A stretch of 64,000 nucleotides of DNA from positions 16,309-80,308 of the forward strand of contig JBIIOE010000001.1 of assembly GCA_044337105.1 (NCBI GenBank), in the 5' to 3' direction. Position numbers and translations under genes: made by a program. This DNA is from Bdellovibrionota bacterium (GTDB lineage: Bacteria > Bdellovibrionota_C > UBA2361 > OMII01). The stretch's first letter is position 1. Each line of letters starts with the position of its first letter. The notes under the pieces were generated by a model, which searched no databases, had not been told where the DNA came from, and saw nothing but the letters and a program-made list of their open reading frames with translations. This document shows, one piece after another, positions 9,829 to 18,185 of the stretch.

Positions 9829-9906
9829 AAGGTAGTGCGTTGGATCGCTCGGGTGGTTTGTGAGTTCCGTCCAGATCAACTACTATCGGAGGCGCTCGAG
9901 GGAAAT

Positions 9907-10350
9907 ATGCTAAAGACCAGTTTCATTGCACTTTCTGTCTTTTGTATCGCGACGGTTGCACCCTGCCTAGCCCAAACTCGCGTTGAGGGTCAGGTGTTGA
10001 GCCCGACTCCATGTCATTTGAGTGAGAAGGGCGCAGCAGATATGTGCGCGCAGATAGCCGTGGCAGTTCCTGGGAAGCTGAAATTTCACCGCATCGGAGA
10101 CCGAAGAGGCAGGGCGATCAAAGCGGCTGTAAGCCACGAGGGCGACTTCGCTGCAAAGTTCCGGCAGCGCGGCCGCTACAAGGTCTCGTTCGACTCCTCT
10201 TCGGGTGATGTCAAGTCTCTTAAGATTTCGCCGACGCTCATCACGGTGCGGGGTCGCAAGGCGGCTCAGGCTGAACTGTTTCTCGTGGCTCACAAGAGCT
10301 ACGGAGAGCTGCCGGCAGCTGCGATATCTACCGGCTGCGAGATCGAGTAA
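9907..10350 (+). CDS. Secreted hypothetical protein
   Basis: ATG 9907 gives the signal peptide MLKTSFIALSVFCIATVAPCLAQ. No recognisable catalytic motif. Confidence 0.5.
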   Translation: MLKTSFIALSVFCIATVAPCLAQTRVEGQVLSPTPCHLSEKGAADMCAQIAVAVPGKLKFHRIGDRRGRAIKAAVSHEGDFAAKFRQRGRYKVSFDSSSGDVKSLKISPTLITVRGRKAAQAELFLVAHKSYGELPAAAISTGCEIE

Positions 10351-10383
10351 GACGCTCCTGCCGGTTTCCGAAGAGCAAAGTTT

Positions 10384-11031
10384 TTAATCGACAGCAGATC
10401 TCTCTTTGCACGCAAGATGCAAACGGGATTGGGTTGTGTAGATCGAGCACCGCTCGACGATATCCTGGGTAAGCAGCTCATCGACTCCGAGTGCATCAGC
10501 TATATCTTGTGAGGAGATCAGTCTGGTAAGCCATGCGAACGCTGGTCCGCGGTCACCCTCGGGGCGTATGTCAGCCAGCGCAAAACGTAATGAACCGTCT
10601 TGGAGCGCCCCTGAGAAGTCCACGGTGCCGTTAAAGAACCTGCCGGGTGCCCCGAATGAATCGAGGGGGACAGCGAGGTTTGCCTTTACAGAATCGTTCT
10701 CCAGGGCGAACCACGCATGCTCCGCGATGACTCGCAATGCGCGGTAAGAGGTCAACCGGATCCACGAGTTGAAGATCTCTGCCGGAACGATGACCTCTCC
10801 AGCGGCACCGTCGGTCGTAATCTCACGAATCCGGGAGTCTATCTCCTCGATAGTGCGCTCGTGCTCCTCCGAGACCTCAGGGACCGGTAGCGGTTGAGGC
10901 TCGGTGTCCATGGTTTTGAGAACCGAGCGAAAGCTGGCGTACCCAAAGCCGACGAATCCGATCGTGCCCACAGCGCACATGAGCGCTATAACGACGAAGA
11001 TGCTCACTCCTTTTCGAAACGACTCAACCAT
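10384..11031 (-). CDS. Membrane-anchored hypothetical protein (paralog of 21235..21954)
   Basis: ATG 11031 overlaps the upstream ATPase stop by 8 nt. It has an N-terminal TM (VSIFVVIALMCAVGTIGFVGF). It shares KT..T....PVP and RFFNG(T/S) blocks with the 21235 product. Confidence 0.6.
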   Translation of the reverse strand: MVESFRKGVSIFVVIALMCAVGTIGFVGFGYASFRSVLKTMDTEPQPLPVPEVSEEHERTIEEIDSRIREITTDGAAGEVIVPAEIFNSWIRLTSYRALRVIAEHAWFALENDSVKANLAVPLDSFGAPGRFFNGTVDFSGALQDGSLRFALADIRPEGDRGPAFAWLTRLISSQDIADALGVDELLTQDIVERCSIYTTQSRLHLACKERSAVD

Positions 11032-12157
11032 AACCTTCCGTGTCTTCAGTGGGATTGGGGATGATAACGGCGTCCTCGGCCTTCCATCCCACACGTACTC
11101 GGTCACCGATCCGTGGTGTCCCTACCTCTTTTGATGCAGAAACGGCCCTAATGCGTAGTGAAATTCCTTCAGGACTACCAACTACGAAATCACACCACCC
11201 GCCACGATACGTAAGTTGGTGAATTTCGGCCTCAAAAGAGATATCTGTAGGCGTAGTCTCGTACGCTACAAAGGCAACCGACTCGGGACGAACACACAGG
11301 AGGGCAGGGCCGGCTGACAAGGGCTTCACGGAGTACGACGCTGCGAGATAAGGCGGTACGGTGTAGCCTTTGCTCGGCAAGCCTCGTAAGTGTGCAACAA
11401 GGTGCCCTCCGTCCGAGCCACTCTCCAGGTTGCAGGGCATCAGGTTCGCGTCACCGAGAAATTGGGCAACAAAGACAGACGACGGGTTTTCATACAACTC
11501 GCGAGGAGAGCCTACCTGGGCGAGGCCGCCGCGGTTGAGCAGTGCTATCCGGTTTCCGAGGGTCAAGGCATCTTCTTGGTCGTGAGTCACGTAGACCATG
11601 GTGAGCCCGAGCCTCGCATGCAGCGCGGAGAGCTCCTGACGGATTTCGTCACGCAACCTGGCGTCGAGATTTGATAGAGGCTCGTCAAGAAGGACCACGG
11701 AGGGGCGCAGCGCAAGGGCGCGGGCGAGTGCAACACGTTGCTGCTGTCCGCCGGAGATCTCGTGGGGATAGCGGTGCTCAAAGCCTCCGAGCCGCACCAA
11801 TTCCAGCGCCTCATCGACCCGACTACGAATCTCATGCCCCGAGACCCGCTTGACCTCCAAGCCGAAGGCTATGTTTTGAGCGACCGTCATGTGCGGCCAC
11901 AGGGCGTAGTTCTGAAACACCATCCCGATTCCGCGCTCCTGAGGAGCAACAGGGTCGAGCGCGCGGCCGTCCATGAGCACTGAACCCGTATCGGCACGCT
12001 CGAGACCGGCGATGATACGAAGCAGCGTTGACTTACCGCACCCAGACGGTCCCAAGATAAAGAAGAACTCGCCCGAGCCGATCTCGAGCGACACGTCGTT
12101 TAGCACGGACGTTTGTCCAAAGCGTTTGGAGATAGTGCGGAGGGAGAGAGAGCTCAC
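11024..12157 (-). CDS. ABC transporter ATP-binding protein (PotA/FbpC/MalK type)
   Basis: Walker A GPSGCGKST, signature LSGGQQQRVALARAL, Walker B VVLLDEPLSNLD, and a C-terminal TOBE-like regulatory domain. Confidence 0.92.
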   Translation of the reverse strand: MSSLSLRTISKRFGQTSVLNDVSLEIGSGEFFFILGPSGCGKSTLLRIIAGLERADTGSVLMDGRALDPVAPQERGIGMVFQNYALWPHMTVAQNIAFGLEVKRVSGHEIRSRVDEALELVRLGGFEHRYPHEISGGQQQRVALARALALRPSVVLLDEPLSNLDARLRDEIRQELSALHARLGLTMVYVTHDQEDALTLGNRIALLNRGGLAQVGSPRELYENPSSVFVAQFLGDANLMPCNLESGSDGGHLVAHLRGLPSKGYTVPPYLAASYSVKPLSAGPALLCVRPESVAFVAYETTPTDISFEAEIHQLTYRGGWCDFVVGSPEGISLRIRAVSASKEVGTPRIGDRVRVGWKAEDAVIIPNPTEDTEGYG

Positions 12158-12215
12158 GAGTTGGGTATAACGGTGGTCTCTGTTTCCATCAAGACTCTAT
12201 CGTATGCCCGCTCGC

Positions 12216-12244
12216 CTGTAGGGAAGCGTGAAGACGCCCCTCCC
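12216..12244. repeat. Solo MITE terminus (TAgggaagcg...ccctccc)
   Basis: ctgTAgggaagcgtgaagacgcccctccc. Matches the extended terminal-repeat consensus. Confidence 0.5.
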
Positions 12245-12326
12245 TGTTGATAAAACGAATCTCGCTATGTCACTCTTAGGGCCGATAACGCCATAAATCC
12301 AAAGAGAGAAGAGCGGTAGAGGGTCG

Positions 12327-12355
12327 TCTCTAAGGAAGCAAGGCAAAATCCCTCC
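12327..12355. repeat. Solo MITE terminus, direct copy of 12216 site
   Basis: ctcTAaggaagcaaggcaaaatccctccc. Same orientation as the 12216 site, ~110 bp downstream of it. Confidence 0.5.
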
Positions 12356-12417
12356 CTTGGAGGACTCAGTACGCGCATCCTCAATTCGTAGCCACTCTTC
12401 AAAAAGCGGGATTCATC

Positions 12418-12780
12418 ATGGCCATTTCGATTCCTCAGATTATCGCGCAACTGTCTAGCGAGCTGCGAATTACCAGGCAGGAGTGCGCCAAGGTGTTGGG
12501 GATCAGTGAAGCTACGCTTTCTAGCTATGAACAAGGTGCTGTGCCTACCAGTGCAGACCGAATGCTCATCGAAAAGCTCGTATCGCCCCTTGCTGTGGTG
12601 CAGATGCTCAAGGGAAAAGAGCGGCTTTTGGGTGTTAAGCTGCACGAGCGCCTCATGCGAGTTGCGGTGTCAAGGGTCTCTCAAGGAGAGCTTCTTGAGT
12701 CAAAGGGCAAACTTGAGCATCGGGAACAAATGGAGTTCCTTGATCGCCTGATTCCGCGCCCGTCTGGCTTTGACAAATAG
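12418..12780 (+). CDS. XRE-family helix-turn-helix protein
   Basis: N-terminal HTH: LRITRQECAKVLGISEATLSSYEQG. 120 aa. Confidence 0.6.
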   Translation: MAISIPQIIAQLSSELRITRQECAKVLGISEATLSSYEQGAVPTSADRMLIEKLVSPLAVVQMLKGKERLLGVKLHERLMRVAVSRVSQGELLESKGKLEHREQMEFLDRLIPRPSGFDK

Positions 12781-12857
12781 GACCACTCTGCTCGTGGCTG
12801 TTTTTGGAAACTCTAAAGATTGGGGCAGGGGGAAGGCCTTGCGAGTAAGAGCTGCTT

Positions 12858-13047
12858 TAGAGGGGAAGCGGGGGAAACCTACCCGTCACGAGAAAGTCGA
12901 GGTTGGTTTGATATTCGATTTTCGTGATGTGGAAAACCGCTGGTGTATCCGCTGCGAGACACCGAGGACTTTTCCACATCGCCCAAGTCGGAGAGCGGCC
13001 TAAGATCCGCCTTCGCGGCAGGAAGAAGGGGATTGCCTCGCTTCCTG
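12858..13047. mobile_element. MITE-like element, type 2
   Basis: Left end TAgaggggaagcgggggaaacctaccc, right end ggggattgcctcgcttcctga. The interior cgagaaagtcgaggttggtttgatattcgattttcgtgatgtggaaaacc is shared with copies at 26236 and 54701. Internal hairpin gatgtggaaaa/ttttccacatc. Confidence 0.7.
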
Positions 13048-13138
13048 AGGGATGACGTTCACTAAGAGAGCGGAGGTCTGGCCCTTTCCGAAGAAAGAGC
13101 GAAGAGGGGTATCGATACGTGCAACTATCGTGCTGCCC

Positions 13139-14209
13139 TCAGCCGCGCTTCGAGGGGGCGCCGCGTTTCATCAGCTCGAACAATTTAAGCATATCGCTAA
13201 GGCTTCTCTTTTGGTCATCTGCTAGCTGCTCGTCGGCGTAGTAGGGGTCTCCTTGAAAGCGTATCGTTGCAGTTTGAGCGCGCGCTAGAGCTTTGGCTGC
13301 CTCGATATGTTTGCTGGATGCGGTCAGGTCAACCCACTCCCAGACGTCTCCTGAGGAGTGATCTCGTTCAAAAGACAGAGCAGGAGATTGCCAGCGGTAG
13401 TCATCGGCGGCTACTTTAAAAGAATTCACAAAGAGCCAGTCGCTCCCGTAGTATTTCACCTTGAAGCGTAGCCACAGGTCACCCTTATTGAAGCCGATAT
13501 ATAACAGGGCGCCACTGCGGAGAGTGTCACCTTTTGGAGTTATGAAGAAGCGATATTCAACGGTATCCCTTTCGATATCCATCCCGAGCAGAAGCTCGGC
13601 TACTTCCGGATTGTTACCAAACCTCCTGTAAACCTCTCGAATCAGGCTTAGTTGATCTTCAGAGAGTCCGTTTCCGTTGCTGAGCTTAAACGACTTTGAC
13701 CCGTATGCGCCGCTAACAGAGGTAAGCAGAGTTTTCGCTCCTGGTACTACAGGCTCGGGGGAAAAAGCCTTTACTTCCTGATACAGTTTGAGTGGCAGTA
13801 TGGAAGAGGTCGATTTGTATTTATTTCCCGCTTTTGCATACGAGCGGAACACGAGTCTTTCTCCGTTTTCCAATACTACCGGGTAAAAATCGAATCCCTG
13901 TGAATCAGTTTTAGCTGGCTGAGAACTCTCAAAATAGCCTTTCATGGCTCTGTATTTTTCGTACGGAAGCGTCTGGCTGAAACAGGTGCTTGACTCCATA
14001 CCTGAACAGAAGCCGCTATAACCTTCCTTCTCTGAAGGATTGCCTAAATCGGCGAAGACGAAGAGCTCTTTCCCGTTCGGCTCAAATACAGCGGCATCTG
14101 GCGTCCCCTCTTTTGTCGGAGAGCCTGCAAGAATCTCAGCATTTCTATTTGCATGGCAGCTGGTCAGAACAGCAAGGAGAAAAAGTGTAGTCACCGCGTG
14201 CCGTTTCAT
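13139..14209 (-). CDS. Hypothetical lipoprotein
   Basis: ATG 14209 (AGGAAA 7 nt upstream) gives MKRHAVTTLFLLAVLTSC, which contains a lipobox. The gene looks AT-richer than its neighbours by eye. Confidence 0.6.
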   Translation of the reverse strand: MKRHAVTTLFLLAVLTSCHANRNAEILAGSPTKEGTPDAAVFEPNGKELFVFADLGNPSEKEGYSGFCSGMESSTCFSQTLPYEKYRAMKGYFESSQPAKTDSQGFDFYPVVLENGERLVFRSYAKAGNKYKSTSSILPLKLYQEVKAFSPEPVVPGAKTLLTSVSGAYGSKSFKLSNGNGLSEDQLSLIREVYRRFGNNPEVAELLLGMDIERDTVEYRFFITPKGDTLRSGALLYIGFNKGDLWLRFKVKYYGSDWLFVNSFKVAADDYRWQSPALSFERDHSSGDVWEWVDLTASSKHIEAAKALARAQTATIRFQGDPYYADEQLADDQKRSLSDMLKLFELMKRGAPSKRG

Positions 14210-14374
14210 AATTCGATTTCCTATCTTGAGGTACATTTCCTTGTTGTATCAGACCAACTCCTTACCGCAAAAAAGATTCCGAGAATAGCAAGATGTGATT
14301 GCGGCCTTATATGTAGATGTTATCCGAATAGGAGCCGAGACTAGGGCGGGGGCACGGCCTCGTCGGAACTCCTA

Positions 14375-14995
14375 TCAGCCGCGATAGCTCCTAAAGGCAT
14401 CGAGGATCTTCACAGCCGCTTGGTTTAGCGCAACACGTTGTGCTTGGGATGCTACACTGCGTGCAAATGCATGCTGCTCAGCAAGAGGTAGAATCACCCC
14501 CGCAGAGAAGCGCTTGTCTTGGCTGATAAAAGTTCCCTCGGTCGGAAACGCAGCGACGAGTGCTCCCGTGCGTCCATCGAGCACAGTGATATCCATAACA
14601 ACGACACCTTGAAGCTCTGAACTCTTGCTTGAGATTGCCCCAGGGACGAAGATGCGACTTTGGCCTCCTTCGACCTCATGCACTTCCTCTGTTACGAGCG
14701 CTTTGAGAATAAAAGGTCCCACTGCGCCTTGTGGTAGATCGGCCTGATACTTACCGGAGCCAAGCGGCTTTGCTGCTGTAGGGGTAAGAAGCACGAAATT
14801 GCCGACTCCGGCTAGAGACGACGTGAACTGCGCTGCGATGTTAATGTCTCGACGTGAGACCTGCCACGAACGTTGGGTGACATCAAGGGCACCGTCAGTG
14901 TGCTGAGTAAGATGATTTTGTGCGTTACTCTTAGTGATGCTTTGACCTGACAACTCTCCTTCTATCTCTCTGTTGTAGCTCCGATCTCGCTGCAC
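14375..14995 (-). CDS. Hypothetical protein (possibly CsgG/LpoB-like periplasmic domain)
   Basis: 206-aa ORF with a GTG start. The block VVVMDITVLDGRTGALVAAF is reminiscent of CsgG-family beta-strand segments, but the match is weak. It overlaps the upstream lipoprotein ORF by 34 nt. Confidence 0.45.
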   Translation of the reverse strand: MQRDRSYNREIEGELSGQSITKSNAQNHLTQHTDGALDVTQRSWQVSRRDINIAAQFTSSLAGVGNFVLLTPTAAKPLGSGKYQADLPQGAVGPFILKALVTEEVHEVEGGQSRIFVPGAISSKSSELQGVVVMDITVLDGRTGALVAAFPTEGTFISQDKRFSAGVILPLAEQHAFARSVASQAQRVALNQAAVKILDAFRSYRG

Positions 14996-15486
14996 GGTTG
15001 ACGTGTGGTGGCTGTTTGGTCTGCAGCTTGTCGTAGAGCCAAAGTCTTAGTCTGCGATTCGGATGCTTCCTTTTCGCGGGTTCGTACTGTATCCCGAGCG
15101 ACTCCGCGTAACGAGTCGGTTGATTCAGCCTTGTCCGATTGGCTGCCGTGCTGTTGCGAAGACTGATGGGCTCGTATCTTTATATGGTATCTCGATCCGC
15201 TCAACACTGCTCGAGCAGTGCCAACGATAACCCCAAAAAGACCCGTGAACGGCAGGAAGTAGATACCGGTCGCTCCTTGTCCCTGAAGATGCTGTAAAGG
15301 CCAGAGTGTATAGAAGGCACCACACGTCACCGGCGCGGAGGCTCCCGCCGCGATCGATCCAAGGCCGAGGCCGAAGGACTCGAGCATAGAGCGGTCGTAC
15401 TCACTCGATACTCGAGGATTGATCTCCCGAGCGCTACATGAAGCGATAAAGCTCGCGAGCAATACGAGATAGATTTCCTTGAACAC
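14962..15486 (-). CDS. Lipoprotein with glycine-zipper-like hydrophobic region
   Basis: MFKEIYLVLLASFIASC contains a lipobox. The Gly-rich segments GLGLGSIAAGASAP and GLFGVIVGTA follow. The C-terminal tail is polar and low-complexity. Confidence 0.55.
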   Translation of the reverse strand: MFKEIYLVLLASFIASCSAREINPRVSSEYDRSMLESFGLGLGSIAAGASAPVTCGAFYTLWPLQHLQGQGATGIYFLPFTGLFGVIVGTARAVLSGSRYHIKIRAHQSSQQHGSQSDKAESTDSLRGVARDTVRTREKEASESQTKTLALRQAADQTATTRQPCSEIGATTER

Positions 15487-15522
15487 TCCCAGTAGATCGG
15501 CTGCGATTTTCTAAACTTAACA

Positions 15523-15548
15523 ATAGGGCGGAGCAAAACGCCCGTCAC
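15523..15548. repeat. Degenerate MITE terminus downstream of htpG
   Basis: aTAgggcggagcaaaacgcccgtcac resembles the type-2 left end (gggaagcgggggaaacctacccgtcac). Confidence 0.35.
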
Positions 15549-15562
15549 TCCGGGCTTGCTTT

Positions 15563-17452
15563 TTATCCTCCAACCATCATCTTGGTCATCTTCTTCACGA
15601 AGCCCGCGGGATCCTCGAGCTTCGTTCCTTCGCTGAGAAGTGCCTGACAATACAGCAGCTCGGACCACTCCTTTTGCGTGTCTCGCGGCAGGTCCTTCAT
15701 GCGAGTGAAGACCGGATGTTCTGGATTGAGCTCCATCACCCGCTTGGTTTTCGGCATCTCCTTACCCATCTGCCGATAAAACTGCTCCATATACTGTGAG
15801 TTGCCATCGTCGTTTACCAAGCAAACAGCGGAGTCGGTGAGGCGGGTCGACAGGCGTACGTCTTTGACGTGCTCAGACAGGGCGGATTTCACGATTTCCA
15901 TGAGGGACCCGAGCTGCTCTTGCTGCTCTTTGAGCTTCTCTTCGCGCTCTCTCTTTTCGTCATCGGAATCGAGTTCGAGCGAGGGGTCGGATACGGATTT
16001 GAACTCGAAGTCCTGATACTTGTCGAGGCGTGGTGCAACGAACTCGTCGACTGGGTGATCGAAGAGTAGCACTTCGTATCCCTTCTGGTTTAGTCGCTCG
16101 AGCAGCGGACTGCTCTTGAGTACCTCAAGTGCGTTGCCCGAGAGATAATAGATCGCCTTTTGTTCATGCTTCATGCGGGCGACATACTCAGCGAGTGTTG
16201 TCGGCTCGCTCTGAGTCGATGAATTAAAGAGAAAAATCGGCAAGAGGGAGTCCTTTTTGTCGAACTCTCGGACCAGCCCTTCCTTCAGTGTAGCACCGAA
16301 GTTGGCCCAAAACGCCTCGTATTGCTTGCGGTCATCGGTGAGCATGTCTGCGAGCGTCTTGAGAACCTTCGTCGTCAGCGCGCGTCGTATCTGGGCGATC
16401 TGTCGGTCCTGCTGAAGTATCTCTCGAGAAACGTTCAATGAGAGGTCGCTACTGTCAACCACGCCTTTCACGAAACGAAGATAGGGGGGTAGCAGCTCTT
16501 CGCAGTCATTCATAATCAGAACGCGCTTCACGTACAGTGAGAGTCCACGCTCGCTACCTTCGTAATCGAAATTCCAAGGGCGGGAAGGGGGGATGAACAT
16601 CAGAGCGTGAAACTCCATCGTTCCTTCCGCTTTGTAGTGAACCGTCTTGAGTGGTTCGGAGCGATCGTGTGTGAGGTGTTGATAGAACTCTTGGTACTCT
16701 TCGGTGCTAACGCTCGAAGCAGGCTTAGTCCAGATAGCTTTCTGACTATTGAGGACCACATCCTCTGTGGTCGTCACCTCCTGCGAGGGGTCTATCGTGC
16801 TCTTTTCCTTGCGTGATACCTCCATCTTCACCGGGTAGCCGATGAAGTCCGAGTGTTTCTTGATGATTGAACGGAGTACCCATTCGTCGGTGTAATCTTC
16901 GAGTCCACCTTCCTCGCCTGTGCTCGGTTTGAGGTGTAGGGTAATGGAGGTTCCTGTGCCAGCCTCGCGAACCGTGGGCTCGATGGTGTAGCTTCCCTTG
17001 CCATCCGACTCCCATCGCACGCCCTCGGACATACCTGCCCTCTGTGTCTCCACCGTGACCTTATCGGCTACGATGAATGCAGAGTAGAACCCCACACCGA
17101 ACTGGCCGATCAGATCGGCGTTCTTTTCCTTTGCCAGCTTGAACTGCTTGGTACCTGAGTGCGCTATCCGCCCCAGGTATTCTCGAATCTCCTCGGCGTT
17201 CATACCGATGCCGTTGTCCGATACCGTGAGCGTTCTAGCCTGCGGGTCTGGGGTAAGGCGAATGACGGGCTCGTACCCCTGCGGCATGAGGTCGGTGTTA
17301 GTAAGGGCTTCGATCTTCAATTTGTCGAGAGCGTCGGATGCGTTGGATACGAGCTCTCTCAAGAATATCTCTGGGTGCGAATAGAGAGAGTGGATAATAA
17401 GGTGAAGGAGCTCGTTAACTTCGGTTTGAAATTGTTCGGTTGTTTTTTCCAT
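15563..17452 (-). CDS. htpG: Molecular chaperone HtpG (Hsp90)
   Basis: N-terminal GHKL ATPase motifs EIFLRELVSNASDALDK, DNGIGM and GQFGVGFYSAF. Full-length, 629 aa. Confidence 0.97.
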   Translation of the reverse strand: MEKTTEQFQTEVNELLHLIIHSLYSHPEIFLRELVSNASDALDKLKIEALTNTDLMPQGYEPVIRLTPDPQARTLTVSDNGIGMNAEEIREYLGRIAHSGTKQFKLAKEKNADLIGQFGVGFYSAFIVADKVTVETQRAGMSEGVRWESDGKGSYTIEPTVREAGTGTSITLHLKPSTGEEGGLEDYTDEWVLRSIIKKHSDFIGYPVKMEVSRKEKSTIDPSQEVTTTEDVVLNSQKAIWTKPASSVSTEEYQEFYQHLTHDRSEPLKTVHYKAEGTMEFHALMFIPPSRPWNFDYEGSERGLSLYVKRVLIMNDCEELLPPYLRFVKGVVDSSDLSLNVSREILQQDRQIAQIRRALTTKVLKTLADMLTDDRKQYEAFWANFGATLKEGLVREFDKKDSLLPIFLFNSSTQSEPTTLAEYVARMKHEQKAIYYLSGNALEVLKSSPLLERLNQKGYEVLLFDHPVDEFVAPRLDKYQDFEFKSVSDPSLELDSDDEKREREEKLKEQQEQLGSLMEIVKSALSEHVKDVRLSTRLTDSAVCLVNDDGNSQYMEQFYRQMGKEMPKTKRVMELNPEHPVFTRMKDLPRDTQKEWSELLYCQALLSEGTKLEDPAGFVKKMTKMMVGG

Positions 17453-17686
17453 ACGTCACGATCGTAAAGTTCAGTGGTTTCGATAGGAGGGGCAATAAGC
17501 ATTGGGCAGCAAAAATTCAAGGGGGTGGCCGCTGGGTGGATATAAATACAGCGGCTACGACGGAATTTGCGGGCAGTGCCGAGCTGTGAGAGGGTCAAAT
17601 CACTGTTTCGGGGCGCACGCCACCCTACGGAGACAAGGCAAAACCCCTCCCAGCTGCGAAGACGGAACTTGTCAAGGAGGCTAATC

Positions 17687-18025
17687 GTGAATTGTATCTA
17701 TCACATTACAACGAAAGCAGAAGCCGAAAGCGCCTTGCGCCGAGGAGAATACCTTCCCGCTGACTTCGAGAAAGACACCTTCATACACTGCTCCTATTCG
17801 CAGCAGATTGAACGCGTAGCGAATTTGAGATTTCGCGGGTGCTCCGATCTGGTACTGCTGAAGATAGACCGGTCTCGTGTGATGTGTCCGATAATCGACG
17901 AGAACCTCGAAGGAGGATCGGAGCTTTTCCCTCACATCTATGGCCCCTTACCAAGGGAGGCGATTGTGGAGGTGCTGGAGCTTCCATGCCAATCGGACGG
18001 AACGTTCGAGATCCCGAGTTTGTAG
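17687..18025 (+). CDS. DUF952 family protein
   Basis: IYHITT..W......Y.P..F..DTFIHCS....L.LL.ID......PIIDENLEGGSELFPHIYGPL matches the DUF952 pattern. GTG 17687 sits 6 nt downstream of AAGGAGG. The longer ORF from 17567 is probably an over-extension. Confidence 0.75.
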   Translation: MNCIYHITTKAEAESALRRGEYLPADFEKDTFIHCSYSQQIERVANLRFRGCSDLVLLKIDRSRVMCPIIDENLEGGSELFPHIYGPLPREAIVEVLELPCQSDGTFEIPSL

Positions 18026-18185
18026 CAGAGTTAAAAGATCTCTCTGGTTCCACTGTGAGGTACCAATCGAATCTGCTCGAGCTCGTTACAAGCGGTAGTC
18101 AAAAGAGGCGCAACACTTCATCGTCACTGCCGATTACTACCAGCATATTCCGTCTCGTGCCTTATTGTGGCAGCATCGGTGAGGT

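Noticed and set aside
12158-12417. Possible TPP or other riboswitch upstream of the ABC importer ATPase
   Set aside because: On the relevant (minus) strand I could not find the CUGAGA / ACCCU TPP core or any other familiar riboswitch core. The region instead holds two solo MITE termini.
12770-13003. 77-aa ORF sharing a GLIFDFR peptide with ORF 54571..54786
   Set aside because: The similarity is caused by both ORFs reading through copies of the type-2 repeat, and they use opposite genomic strands. Neither has a credible start context.
17492-17521. Heat-shock (sigma-32) promoter upstream of htpG
   Set aside because: A CTTGAAT element (reverse complement of 17515-17521) is present. The only -10 candidate at 17-nt spacing is TATTGC, not CCCCATNT. 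This is too weak to report as a feature.
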